Origin: an uncultured Acidobacteriota bacterium
GTDB taxonomy: Bacteria; Acidobacteriota; Thermoanaerobaculia; Multivoradales; UBA5704
NCBI GenBank assembly: GCA_963770895.1
Contig: CAVYRF010000001.1
Span: 1,440,001-1,504,000 of the forward strand
DNA: 64,000 nt
Reading direction: 5' to 3'
Shown: piece by piece, positions 30,155 through 40,624 of the stretch
Layout of the letters: each line of letters starts with the position of its first letter
Numbering within the stretch: position 1 is the stretch's first letter
Notes under the pieces: model-generated
The model's input: only the letters and a program-made list of their open reading frames with translations
Told to the model about the DNA's origin: nothing
Database searches by the model: none
Position numbers and translations under genes: made by a program

Positions 30155-30621
30155 CCGTGCAAGCCCTTTCGCACACGCAGCGGCGGGCCATCGACCGCGC
30201 CAAGGAGCTGCTCGTCCCCAGGGCCGAGGGGCTGCTCGACGACTTCCAGGTCCAGCCGAGCAGGGATTTCGGCGAGTCGCAGCTGCGCAACCTGCTGGCG
30301 GTCGCGGCCGAGACCGAGTCGCCCGCCGCCGTGCTCAACTTCATCCGCTACCAGATCGGGCGCGACAAAAGGCACCTGCGGGGCTGGGCGCGCGGCGCCG
30401 AAGGATCGCGGTTGGGCGACCGGTTCATCAGCGAGCTGGGAGAGGGACCGGAGGCAGCGGTGGGGCAGGCTCTGGCGACGGTGCCCGACCTTGCCGACCC
30501 GCTCACTCGGCAGCTGGCGCGCATCGAGCTGATGCGCCATTTCATCGGCTTTGCGAGCCGTTACATGCGGTATCTGGCGCTTGGGGTTAGCCAGGCGGAT
30601 GGGGGAGGGGATCCCGCATGA
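30151..30621 (+). CDS. Cas11-like small subunit
   Basis: SQLRNLL..NFIRYQIGR pattern; coupled to neighbours. Confidence 0.8.
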   Translation: MTVQALSHTQRRAIDRAKELLVPRAEGLLDDFQVQPSRDFGESQLRNLLAVAAETESPAAVLNFIRYQIGRDKRHLRGWARGAEGSRLGDRFISELGEGPEAAVGQALATVPDLADPLTRQLARIELMRHFIGFASRYMRYLALGVSQADGGGDPA

Positions 30622-31913
30622 CGCCGCTCCATCGCGACGGTCCGCCGATGCTCCTGGATACGTTTCATGGGCGCCTGCGCCTGGTGGGCGTGGTGACGAC
30701 GCAGACGGCGTTGCACATCGGCGCCGGCGGCAGCGGCGAGCCGTTGGGCACGGACGCACCCGTCGTGCGCACGGCGGGTGGGGCGCCGTACATCCCAGGT
30801 TCGAGTCTGAAAGGGGTGCTGCGGAGCGCCGCCGAGGCGCTGTTCCGCGGCGGCGCGCCGGCCGAGGACGCTGCGGGCGCTGCGGCTCGGCGCCTCTGGA
30901 CCTGCAATCCGGTCGCCGGCATCGATGACGCCTGCGTCACCCATGCGGCGGCAAAGCAGATCCGCGAGCGGCTTGCGGCGGAGGCGAAAGACAGGGGGCA
31001 GGAGCTGGACAGCAGGGGGGTTGCGGAGGAGGTGTGGGCAAAGAGCTGCACGGTCTGCCGGCTCTTCGGTTCGCTGGCGCTCGCGAGCCGCGTGCGGTTC
31101 GCGGATCTGCCGGTGCGTGGCGAGGCGCCGCTTTTCGAGCTGCGCAACGGCGTCGCCATCGACCGCGACAAGGAGCTGGCGGCGGACAAGGCGCTGTACG
31201 ACTTCGAGGCCGTGCCGCCCGAAACCGCCTTCGATCTGCGGGTCACCGTCGACAACCCGACCGACCCGGAGGTCGGCCTCCTCCTCTACCTGTTCAGCGA
31301 GCTGGACCTGGGCAACCTGACCCTGGGGGGCAAGACCAGCCGCGGGCTGGGCCAGGTGCGCGTGCGCTGGGAGGCGATCGAGGAGACCACGCTGGCCAGG
31401 GACAATCCGTTCGCGAGCCTGCTGTCGAGCCGGGACCTGCTGGCGCCGGCGGCGGACGCCGGGGGTGGCACCGGAGACGGCGCCGGCGCTGCCGCCACGG
31501 CGGCGCCGGGCGGCGCCGCGCAGCTGCCGGCGACCGGCGATCGGGAAACCTGGCAGCAGCTGGTGGCGCTGCTGCGCGAGCTGCCGACGGTGGACAAAGG
31601 CCTGCTGGGCGAGCGCGCCGCCAAGCTCCGCCTGAGCAAGAAGGAGATCAACCAGAAGCTCGCGCTCGGGCTCGCAGACAAGGCTGATCGCCGCGCCTGG
31701 GACGTGGCGCTCGAGCAGCTGGCCGGCAGCGGCTTCCTGCTCGGTGTTGCGGGCGCCTACCGCCTGGCCGAGCGCGAGGGCACGACGGGCGGCGCGGCGG
31801 CCGGCACCGGGGAGGACTCGCCGGCAGGGGCCGCGCCCCGCACGCGCGCCCTGCAGGAGGTCCTCGACCGCTACGTCGGCGCCATGGCGCGGGTATGGGA
31901 GGAGGCACGCTGA
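30618..31913 (+). CDS. csx7: Cas7-family RAMP (Csx7-like) with long C-terminal insertion
   Basis: YIPGSSLKGVLRS, CTVCRLFGS, RNGVAIDRD, GGKTSRGLG. Confidence 0.88.
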   Translation: MTPLHRDGPPMLLDTFHGRLRLVGVVTTQTALHIGAGGSGEPLGTDAPVVRTAGGAPYIPGSSLKGVLRSAAEALFRGGAPAEDAAGAAARRLWTCNPVAGIDDACVTHAAAKQIRERLAAEAKDRGQELDSRGVAEEVWAKSCTVCRLFGSLALASRVRFADLPVRGEAPLFELRNGVAIDRDKELAADKALYDFEAVPPETAFDLRVTVDNPTDPEVGLLLYLFSELDLGNLTLGGKTSRGLGQVRVRWEAIEETTLARDNPFASLLSSRDLLAPAADAGGGTGDGAGAAATAAPGGAAQLPATGDRETWQQLVALLRELPTVDKGLLGERAAKLRLSKKEINQKLALGLADKADRRAWDVALEQLAGSGFLLGVAGAYRLAEREGTTGGAAAGTGEDSPAGAAPRTRALQEVLDRYVGAMARVWEEAR

Positions 31914-32851
31914 TGTTTGCCCAGCAGCTCAACCAGATCCGTGTCGACCTGTCGGTCACGCCGCGCGGCCCGCTGCTCGTGCGCAGCGGCCGGAAGGGCG
32001 CCGACCCGACGCGGCCGGAGCTCGAGTGCGTGCGCACCACCTGGGGCGGCACGCGCAGCGTCTACATCCCGGGATCGAGCCTCAAGGGGGTGATGCGCTC
32101 GCATGCCGAGCGGCTCCTGCTGAGCGAAGACGTGCGGATCACGCGGACCTTCGAGGGGCAGGACGCCTTCGATCAGAAGGCGCCGGGGCCGGCGGTGTAC
32201 CGAGGCAGCTCGCCGCTCGGCCGCACCTTCGGCAACCTTCACCTCAAGGGGCACGTGGCGGTGTCGGATCTGCTGCCGGGAGCGCACGAGGCGGAGGGCA
32301 GCGAGGAGCGGGCGCGCCAGGTCGCCCTGGCCAACGCCGTCGAGCAGCGCAACGGCGTCGCGATCGACCGCCTGCTGGGCTCGGCCGCGCACCAGGCGCT
32401 CTTCGACCAGGAGGTCGTGGTGCAGGGGCGCTTCGACGGCCGGGTACTGCTGCGCAACGTCCAGCTGTACCAGCTCGCGCTACTGCTCTTGGTGGTGCGC
32501 GACCTCGACGAGGGCTATGTGCAGATCGGGTCGGGCACGACCCGCGGCAACGGCTGGGTGCGCGCCGAGGTGCGCGAGATCGTCGTCGAGAGCCGGCGCG
32601 GCAAGGGCGATCCGCGAACCTTGCGCGGCGTCGGGTCCTTGGTGGCGGACCGGCAGGCGTACGGCCTGTTTGCCGACGACGAGGTGGAGCTGCCCGAGGG
32701 GATGTCGGCGCGGCCGCACCTGGTGTGGGACCAGCTGGTGGTCAGGGGCGGCGAGGCGATCGATGCGCTCGCCACGTCGCTGGTGGCGGGCCCCTGGACG
32801 AAGTTCCTGGAGGCGGCACGGCGCAGACGGCGTGGCGAGTGGACGGCCTGA
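31913..32851 (+). CDS. csm3: Cas7/Csm3-like RAMP
   Basis: YIPGSSLKG, RNGVAIDR, GSGTTRGNG. Confidence 0.87.
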   Translation: MFAQQLNQIRVDLSVTPRGPLLVRSGRKGADPTRPELECVRTTWGGTRSVYIPGSSLKGVMRSHAERLLLSEDVRITRTFEGQDAFDQKAPGPAVYRGSSPLGRTFGNLHLKGHVAVSDLLPGAHEAEGSEERARQVALANAVEQRNGVAIDRLLGSAAHQALFDQEVVVQGRFDGRVLLRNVQLYQLALLLLVVRDLDEGYVQIGSGTTRGNGWVRAEVREIVVESRRGKGDPRTLRGVGSLVADRQAYGLFADDEVELPEGMSARPHLVWDQLVVRGGEAIDALATSLVAGPWTKFLEAARRRRRGEWTA

Positions 32852-32879
32852 GCCGGACGCGGCAGGCAGGGAGCGAGGC

Positions 32880-33305
32880 ATGGAGAGCTTGACCCAGGAG
32901 GAGACAGGGGGCGGCCCGGCGGCGGATCTGACGCCTAGGATCGAAATCCGCGATCTGCCCGCCGCTCGCCGGGACGCAGAGGTCGCCGCGCTGGACGAGC
33001 CGTGGATCGCCGACGAGGCCGCCTGTGACGCCGGCTTGCGGCGCGGGGTGGGCGGGCGGGCGCTGCGGCCGCGCGGCCTGGCCTTCGACGAGCGCACCAC
33101 GGTGGTGTGGGACGAGGACGGGGTGCAGGTCCTTGCCGCGGGCGCGGACGCCGAGGCGGGCGGGCCTTATGACATCGCGTTGCGCAGCTGCGTCCTGGTG
33201 CGCGACGGTTTCGCGGGGCCGCCGCAGTTGTTCCGCGTCGACTACCTGCGGCGCGGCGCTCTGCTGGGCAGCCGCTACGTCACCGCGGAGGAGCCCCATG
33301 CGTGA
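32880..33305 (+). CDS. Probable Csx19-like subunit
   Basis: Position before last RAMP; GLAFDE..W, VDY...SRY; overlaps next start. Confidence 0.55.
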   Translation: MESLTQEETGGGPAADLTPRIEIRDLPAARRDAEVAALDEPWIADEAACDAGLRRGVGGRALRPRGLAFDERTTVVWDEDGVQVLAAGADAEAGGPYDIALRSCVLVRDGFAGPPQLFRVDYLRRGALLGSRYVTAEEPHA

Positions 33306-34473
33306 TCCCGAGGCGTACAGGGCCGAAGGGCGCAACGATCCGCTCGCGCCCGAGCAGCGCGAGGCGCACCCGTACGACTTCGTGTCGCTGCCGGAGACGG
33401 TTGCCAGCGGCCACGCGGTGGGGCACGACCGCTACCTCGCCGAGCGGCTCAGCGGCACGGTGGTGCTGGAGTACCGGACCGAGTCGCCGCTGCACGTCGG
33501 CAGCGGCGTCTTCGAGACCGCCGAGGAGTGCGGCTTGAGCGGTGGCGCGGCGCCGGTGCGCGGCATCGTGCGCCGGCAGGGCAGGCCGGTGCTGCCCGGA
33601 TCGAGCTGGAAGGGGGCGGTGCGCGCGCGCTTCGAGGCCATCACGCGCTCGCGGTTGGGCGTGGGGGTGCCGCCCCTGCGTTTGCGCGGCGAGCGGTTGC
33701 GGGGAGGGCTCGAGAGGGTCGAGAAGCTGCCCGCGCCGCTCACGCCGAAGGGGGCGACCGGGTCGGTCGCAGTGGTGCTGCCGGCTGACCTGCCGGAGGT
33801 CAGGATGGTGCGCCGCGACGGCGTCAGCGACAACAGGGTACGCGAACGGCTCAGAGATCTGTCGCCCGGCGAGGCGCTCTTCGGCGCCATGGGCTACCGG
33901 GGGCGCGTCCACCCCGCCGACGGCACGATCGAGGGCCCGGCGGCGAGCGTGCCGCTGGGGGTGCCGCCGCTCGAAGGCCCGGCGCTGCACCGCCTCGCCA
34001 AGCCGGGCGCGGCGCGGATCGTCGGCGACCGCGTCGAGATCAGCGCGGTCGAAGGGCGGAAGTTCTATTACGACGGGCCGCTGCGCGACCACCGGATTTT
34101 GGGCCAGGGCGAGGAGGGCCGCGCCGTCCACGAGCAGATCGATCACGTCCCGGCGGGTTGCTCCATCCGGCTCCACGTGTTCGTCGAGTCGGTGACCGAA
34201 GCCGAGATCGGTGCGCTCTTGGTGAGCGCCGGGCGCGGCGAGGACGGCGGCGTCCTGCGCTTCGGCGGCTTCAAACCCGCCGGCCTGGGCAAGGTGACCC
34301 TGGTGGCTGCCGATGCGCAGCTGCGCCGTGGAGCGGGGGGCAGCGGCTGGCGGCGGGCTGCCGCGCCGGCCTTCGACGTCGATGCCGCGGTGGCCGCGGC
34401 CAGGAGCAGCGGCCTGATCGATGCCGGGGCGCTGGCCCAGTTGAACGAGATCACCAGGCGAGAGCGGCCCTGA
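33298..34473 (+). CDS. Cas7-family RAMP (terminal type III-D RAMP)
   Basis: PYDFV, LPGSSWKGAVR, LFGAMGYRGRV, GRKFY, GGFKPAGLG. Confidence 0.87.
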   Translation: MRDPEAYRAEGRNDPLAPEQREAHPYDFVSLPETVASGHAVGHDRYLAERLSGTVVLEYRTESPLHVGSGVFETAEECGLSGGAAPVRGIVRRQGRPVLPGSSWKGAVRARFEAITRSRLGVGVPPLRLRGERLRGGLERVEKLPAPLTPKGATGSVAVVLPADLPEVRMVRRDGVSDNRVRERLRDLSPGEALFGAMGYRGRVHPADGTIEGPAASVPLGVPPLEGPALHRLAKPGAARIVGDRVEISAVEGRKFYYDGPLRDHRILGQGEEGRAVHEQIDHVPAGCSIRLHVFVESVTEAEIGALLVSAGRGEDGGVLRFGGFKPAGLGKVTLVAADAQLRRGAGGSGWRRAAAPAFDVDAAVAAARSSGLIDAGALAQLNEITRRERP

Positions 34474-34484
34474 GGCGGACGTCG

Positions 34485-34868
34485 TTGCTCACCAACGAAC
34501 AGGTGCTGTCCAAGGCGGACGTTCTCGCCCGGCAGGTCGTCGAGGGGGATGTCCAGGACAACCAGCTGGCATTCGTCGTTGCCCATCTGAAGCGGCACCG
34601 CGACGTGGCCGCGACGCTCGAACTGCTGAAGAACCTGGAAGTCAGCCCGTTCGCCAGACGCACCCACCAGACGCCTGGTCAGTTCGCCGGCCTGCGCCGG
34701 TGGGTGAGCGCCAGCCTGAGCACGATCGCCGATTGGCAGGATGCCGCCGCCATCGTCGGTTGGGCGCGCCGGCTCGCGGCCTACTACCGGCCCGCCGGCC
34801 AGGGGCGCCGGGGTGGGCGGGCGGGGCGCGGCGGGCCGGTCGGCGGCGGATATCGCGGGCAGCGGTGA
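34485..34868 (+). CDS. Small helical CRISPR-associated protein, possibly second Cas11-like subunit
   Basis: TTG start after GAGG; DNQL...GWARRL; in operon. Confidence 0.6.
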   Translation: MLTNEQVLSKADVLARQVVEGDVQDNQLAFVVAHLKRHRDVAATLELLKNLEVSPFARRTHQTPGQFAGLRRWVSASLSTIADWQDAAAIVGWARRLAAYYRPAGQGRRGGRAGRGGPVGGGYRGQR

Positions 34869-34946
34869 GGGGGCCGGGCGGACCTGAGGCTTACGGTGGG
34901 ATTGTGGCATGTTGGGCGTACCCTTGAGCTCGGACGCTTTGCGACC

Positions 34947-36242
34947 ATGCAAGCTGAATCGGACGTGCCGCGACCGCGGGGGGCCTTGGTTAGTTTGGGG
35001 GGCAGCCCCGAACCGGTGATCTGGGTGCTGAACCGGCTGCAGCCCGAGATCGTGCTGCTGTTCGTCTCGCGCGACAGCTCCCGCGAGGTGGGGCGGGTGA
35101 TGGGCGCGCTCGACTACCAGGTCCGCGCCTTCGATCAGATCGTCACCCCTTCGGCGGAGGTGCTGAGCGACTGCTACCGGGCGCTGCGTCAGGAGCTGCC
35201 GCGGAAGCTGGTGCAATGGGGCCTGCGGGCTGCGGATCTGGCGGTCGACTACACCGGCGGCACCAAGCCGATGTCCGCGGCATTGGTTCTCGCCACCGCG
35301 GATCAAGTCCATCAGTACTCGTATGTCGGTGGTGCGGAGCGCGACAAGGGGGGCCTGGGGGTGGTGGTGGCGGGCAAGGAGAGGGTTTGGTTCGTACAGA
35401 ACCCCTGGAAGGATCTGGCGCGGGACGAGCTGATGCGCGTCGCGGTGCTGTTCCAGAACGTCCGCTACCTGGTCGCCCACGATGAGCTGATGGCGCTTGC
35501 TGAGCGTGCCGACGCCGAGACGCGGCCCTTGCTCGCGGCGCTGGGGAAGCTGGCGTTGGGGCTGGCGCATTGGGACGCGTTTGGGCACGCGAAGGCAGTG
35601 CCTCTTCTGGGCGAGGCCTTCGGCTTCTTCAAGGTCTATGGGTTATCTGTCCCTCATGCGCGATGGAGGAGCTTCGCGGCGACGATCGAAGGCAGCCTGA
35701 GCTTCCTGCGGCGCATTCCCACGAAAGCCGGTCCGGCGCCAGGAGAGGTTCTGGAAGGGGGGCGGGCGGTGGTCTTGGACCTGATTGCCAACGCCGATCG
35801 GCGCGCCCGCGTCGAGCACAAGCACGAGGACGCCGTCGCGCGCTTGTACAGTTGCGTCGAACGCGCGGCTCGGTTCCGCCTGCTGGCCAGGACGCCGGCG
35901 ATCGATAATGAAAAGGTGCCGCCCACGCTGGTGCCGGAGGGCCTGCGGGAGGAGTTCGTGCGGCGGTTTGGCGATGGCTCGAAGCCGGTGTTGAAGCTGC
36001 CTCTCGATGCCAGCTTCCAGCTGCTCGCCGCGCTCGGGGATCCCTTGGGCGCAGCGTTTGCGGCGCGTCAGGACGAGGCACGGATGCTTCTGGCGCTGCG
36101 CAACCGTTCGATCCTGGGGCACGGGATGGAGCCGGTGACGGAGGAGGGGTACAGGCGGTTCAGGGCGTTCGTGGTGGGTTTGCTGGCGGTGGAGGAGGAG
36201 GAGCTGCCGCGGCTGCCGGAGCCTCCGCCGGTGGTCGAGTAG
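34947..36242 (+). CDS. TIGR02710-like CARF-HEPN effector
   Basis: SLGGSPEP, DYTGGTKPMS, DLIANADRR, AVARLY, HEPN-like RNRSILGHG. Confidence 0.9.
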   Translation: MQAESDVPRPRGALVSLGGSPEPVIWVLNRLQPEIVLLFVSRDSSREVGRVMGALDYQVRAFDQIVTPSAEVLSDCYRALRQELPRKLVQWGLRAADLAVDYTGGTKPMSAALVLATADQVHQYSYVGGAERDKGGLGVVVAGKERVWFVQNPWKDLARDELMRVAVLFQNVRYLVAHDELMALAERADAETRPLLAALGKLALGLAHWDAFGHAKAVPLLGEAFGFFKVYGLSVPHARWRSFAATIEGSLSFLRRIPTKAGPAPGEVLEGGRAVVLDLIANADRRARVEHKHEDAVARLYSCVERAARFRLLARTPAIDNEKVPPTLVPEGLREEFVRRFGDGSKPVLKLPLDASFQLLAALGDPLGAAFAARQDEARMLLALRNRSILGHGMEPVTEEGYRRFRAFVVGLLAVEEEELPRLPEPPPVVE

Positions 36243-36299
36243 GGTAGTGGTTGCGGGGCGGCCCGCCGCGCGCGGCTTGTTCCAGCTGCCGCAGATTCC

Positions 36300-36645
36300 T
36301 TACCAGCGGCTGCGCTTCACCCTCGAGGCGCGTCAGCCCCTACACGCGCCTGTGCGAGGTCTTTATCGAAGGTGAGCCGCTGCCCTTCCTGCGCGGCTTG
36401 CCGACGGCGCCGTGCCCCTACGTCATCGAGCCGCTCGCTGCCGACCACGACGTCCGTGCCGGCGGCATGATCGACTTTGACTTGATCCTGGTCGGCCAGA
36501 TACAGCAACCGTCAGCGCACCCGGATGACCCTGGGCGGCTCCGTCGGGATGCTGGATCTGGAAGGCGACCTCGCACCCTTGTGGACGCTGTTGCGAACGG
36601 CGGAGGTGTTGCCCGTCGACAAGGGCACCACGTTCGGGCTCGGGC
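36300..36645 (+). pseudogene. cas6: Internally deleted cas6 remnant
   Basis: FIEGEPLPFLRGLPTAPCPYVIEP; MTLGG...GDLAP...KGTTFGLG. Confidence 0.85.
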
Positions 36646-37134
36646 CGCAAGGGCCGCCTCGCGAGCGTCGGGGCCGAGCTCGGAGAGGGTGGCCGCTTCG
36701 CGCTCGACCCACCAGGTGGGGGGCATGCAGAGGAAGCGGATGGCGTCCTGTTCGGCGGCGGCTGGCTGCTGTGAGAAGGCGCCGGGCAGGTAGGCGAAGG
36801 TGAGCGTGCCGCCGTCGCTTGCGAAGGTCTCGTAGCGAAACCCGGCGGAGCGCGGGATCTCGATGCGGAGGGTGCCGATGCCGCGTTCGTCGTGGATGGC
36901 CGGGCGGCCGGCGCGGAGGTTGGCGGTGAAGGCGCGGGCCTGCTGGTCGGTCGCGGCGTAGGCGAGGAGGACCGGGCGCAGGGTGTTGTCGCGGGAGGTC
37001 GAGCCGAATTCCCAGGCGAGACCGGGGGCGGCGACGACGGTGAGAAGGTCGGCGTGAAAGATGCGGGTCTTCTGGCCCTCGCGCGTGGGTTTCGCCTCGA
37101 TCGCCAGGTGGCGGAGGGGGGATGGCGCGGCCAT
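36646..37134 (-). pseudogene. Hypothetical protein, 3'-truncated at the cas6 remnant
   Basis: ATG with RBS (AAGGAG), coding-like bias; related fragment near 39500-39610. Confidence 0.5.
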
Positions 37135-37347
37135 GTCGAGGTCTCCTTGGAGGTCGTGGCGCTCGCCGGAACGGCGAGCGCTCGACCGGAGGGCGCTACT
37201 TTCTTTCTGCTGGTGGTGGGGAGGAGAGGGTGGTGGAGCGGGGAGGGAGGGACGCGGTACGGCCGGCCCCGGCGTCGGCGTCGGCGTCGGCGGTCAGGCC
37301 GGCCGGCGGCGAGAGGTGCCGCGGCGCCGGGCCGAGGGCGGGCTGCG

Positions 37348-38073
37348 CTACCGCCGGGGGCGGTGGGCCTGGGGCAGGAACTTCCAGGTGCGCGCTTCGA
37401 TGCGGGGTGTGCGATGGCGCAGGCAGCCGGTGGCGTCGGTGTAGAAGACTTGGCGGAGCGCCGCGCGGACCCGTAGGTGCCGGCCGGGCTCGACGCGGGC
37501 GAGAGCGGTGGCGAGGTCGCCGGCGGCGACGATGCGGTAGGTCCTGGCGATGTGGCCATCGCCGCTGGCCGGCCACTGGGCTTCGAGGTCGAAGGCGGCG
37601 CAGGGAGATCCATCCACCATGGAAAGGGTCGGGCGGCGGGCGAGCTTGCCGATGATCGGTGCGAGCCGCAGTCTGTAGATGGTCAGCGGACGGCGGTCGT
37701 GGCGGGCGCGGGTGATGGTGTCGTGGGTGCCGTTGCTGGCGCCGTCCCAGAAGGCGACCAGGTGATCGCAGGTGTCGACGATGCGCTGGTTGCGGATGCG
37801 GCCGGCGGCGAAGCGGCCGTCGCGGTCCCAGTCGGCGCGGTGCTCGACGAAGCGGAGGCAGCGCGCCCGCGCGGTGGTGAGGGCCGTGCGATCGACGCCG
37901 CGGGCGTCGCCGGTGATGAGGACGACGCCTTGGGGGAGGGTGGCGACGAAGCTCTGGACGCGAGCGAGGTCGGCGAAGAGGCGCGAGCCGACGACGGCGA
38001 CGCGGTGGCCTTCGGGATGGGTGGAGCGGACGGCGGCGGCGGGGGTTGGCGGGAGGGGATGGAGTGGGTCCAT
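37348..38073 (-). CDS. SLOG-superfamily (DUF2493-like) protein with C-terminal extension
   Basis: VAVVGSR, TGDARGVD, IRNQRIVD, VAFWDGASNGT; GGAGG RBS. Confidence 0.7.
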   Translation of the reverse strand: MDPLHPLPPTPAAAVRSTHPEGHRVAVVGSRLFADLARVQSFVATLPQGVVLITGDARGVDRTALTTARARCLRFVEHRADWDRDGRFAAGRIRNQRIVDTCDHLVAFWDGASNGTHDTITRARHDRRPLTIYRLRLAPIIGKLARRPTLSMVDGSPCAAFDLEAQWPASGDGHIARTYRIVAAGDLATALARVEPGRHLRVRAALRQVFYTDATGCLRHRTPRIEARTWKFLPQAHRPRR

Positions 38074-38533
38074 GTCGGAACCTCCTATGGAGGGGCCCGC
38101 GGAGGATTCCGCGGGCCTCACCTGTATCCCCCTTTCTCCCCTGGTTGGCAGGAGTGACCCGGGTCGGCGTCGGCGATGCGCTCGACTGTGAGGACGGCGA
38201 GAGGCTCAACGTGGACGATAGAAATAACGTCCGATCGCTGAAGGTCGGGGTGACGACGGGTCCCTTCCGGTACATGTTCGGAGGGAAGCGGCCGCCATGA
38301 GGAACCAACGGCCCGGATCCAGAGTGGGTTTTTCCCTACGAGGTCGCGGCAGAGAGCCCCGGGATTTGGCGGATCACGGTGACGAGTGACTTACAGCCCG
38401 GCGGGTATGGTTGGTAGGTCAATTTCACAGTCCCGGAATTCTTCGCCGCTATTGACAGCCAGATCGTCAGGGAGGCGGTGTCTTCGACTTCGGGGTCGAC
38501 TGACGCACGAAGTGCCGATCATCGCCGCGTCCA

Positions 38534-38950
38534 TTACGTGAGGGCCGGCGAAGCGCTGGCGGCGAAATAGGCGCGGACCTGATCGTCGGTGTCGCGCCAA
38601 CGGCGGGCGGCGTCCAGGTCTTTGGGATCGGGCTCGAGGGTGGTGGCGTGGATGCGGATCATGAGGTCGCCATGGGGTGAGGGGATGGCGGCGAGGACAC
38701 GGTTGCAGGAGGCGAAGGTTGTGCCGCAGTAGTCGTATCCCTCCGCGTGCCTGCCGCGGAAGGTGAGGCCGGATTGTGCAAGCTCCAAGAGTTGCTCGGC
38801 GCCGCCGTAGTTCACCTCCTCGAAGGTAAGGACGACGATACCGGGACCACAGAGCGAGGGCTCTGTATACGCCGGACCTTCGAATACATGGATCACGCGG
38901 TCGAGGTCGGATGCGACGATCTCAAGGTGAAGGGTAGTCCTGTTTCCCAT
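38534..38950 (-). CDS. Hypothetical protein
   Basis: AAGGAG RBS, ATG, 138 aa. Confidence 0.55.
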   Translation of the reverse strand: MGNRTTLHLEIVASDLDRVIHVFEGPAYTEPSLCGPGIVVLTFEEVNYGGAEQLLELAQSGLTFRGRHAEGYDYCGTTFASCNRVLAAIPSPHGDLMIRIHATTLEPDPKDLDAARRWRDTDDQVRAYFAASASPALT

Positions 38951-39652
38951 CTCGTGCTCCTTAGATACGGTTGGTTTGGGGCTCGGCGCCTGGCGAGAGT
39001 GCCTCACCAAAGTGTTGCTGCCCGCGGTTCCGCCGCGAGCCTCCGTGGCGCTCGCCGGAACGGCGAGCGCTCGACCGGGAGGTCGCTCATTTCTTCCCTT
39101 GGGTGGGGGTTGGCTGGAGGGGATGGAGTGGGTCCATGTGGGAACCGCTTATGGAGGGGCCCGCGGAGGATCCGCGGGCCTCACCTGTCCCTGCTTTCAC
39201 CCCTGCCACAGGAGCGACCCCGGACCGCGTCGGCTATACGCGCGGCTTGGCGGTAGGCGTGGAAACCTCGCCCGCGCCGGCACCTCGACACATAGATGTC
39301 GATACTTGCGTGGCGCCAGATGTCTATTGAACCGGTATATCGTCGCCAGCTCAGGAAAAAGCGCGGAGGCGTTGGTCTACTCTTGTGCAGATCTGAGGAT
39401 GGGCGCCGACTGCGCACGCGTGCGGAATTCATCTTGATAAAATTAAAGAAAGTTCGTTTATGGAGTGCCCTGTGAGATCCAGATGAAGGGTCAACGGCCC
39501 AGGAGGTGCAGACCGCGCCGGGCCGCGCGATGCGACCGGCGGCGCCCATGCGGCAGGCGGCGCAGGCCGCGGCCCGGTGTTGTCGCGGGAGGTCGAGTTG
39601 AATTCCCAATCGAGGCTGGGGGGAGGAAACGACAGCGGACTCCTTTGAGGTC

Positions 39653-40431
39653 GTGAATGTGGTACTTACGCAGGGGGGCAAGATGCCAGGATTGATGCGC
39701 GAATTCGAAAGGCTCAAGGTGCGGATACAAAGAGCTCAGCAGCATGGGCCTCGCCCCAAGATGACGAGCGTGGTGTTTGCCCAGCTGGACAGCGCTTGGC
39801 ACATCCATCAGACAGCTGCTTTCAAGACAGTGGTGAGTGCGTACATCGAGTTATTGACGTGGTATGTGACGAGAGAGCAGGAAGCCGGCAGCGCTGCTCC
39901 TTCCGACCTTGCCGTACTCGCAGCCGAAACAGACGAAGTGTTCCTGCGCTTGGCAATCGGTTCCATGCATAAGACCATCGATGTCATGGGCGTCAGCAAG
40001 ATCGACCAGTACCTTGAGCTCGTGACGAGCATCGCGGAAAGTGGGATCGCGATGCTTGGCGGTGACGTGGTGAAGCGGTGCTGGGATGTTGTGAAGGCTA
40101 TCAGGGATGCTCTAACCGTCGCAAAAATTAAAGATCGGAAGGTGCGTATCGCCCACGATGAGGTGCTCAGACTCGAGCCTCGATGCAGCTTATGCTGGCG
40201 ACAGCGATGTTGGTTGAAGCGCAGGCAGGATCGATCACTCGCCGCTTTCAGAATCTCGCCATGACAGAGGCGGAGCGATTGGAAGCCTGGAAGAAGCCGG
40301 TGATCGATCGCCTGCTCGAGTTTGAGCCTCAGATTCGGTCGATCTTCGACCAAGCACAGTTGATCAATTTTCCTTCCGAAGGATATTGGCCGCCGCATCT
40401 CCGCCAGACTGTTGCCGCACAGGAGGAGTGA
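39653..40431 (+). pseudogene. Lower-GC hypothetical protein, apparently frameshifted near 40180
   Basis: Two overlapping coding-like ORFs 39653..40264 and 40183..40431. Confidence 0.45.
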
Positions 40432-40624
40432 TGTCCGGACTAGCCGTGCGAAGGGCGTGCTCGAGCTGGTTGGCCCAGACGCTTAGACAGTGCCTGCGTC
40501 GGCCTTCCCGGTGGCGTCGGTGTAGCAGACCTGGCGGAGCGCCGCGCGGACTCGGAGCTGGCGGCCGGGCTCGCTCCGGGCGAGAGAGGTGGCGAGCTCG
40601 CCGGCGGCGTCTTTTTCGTGATGT

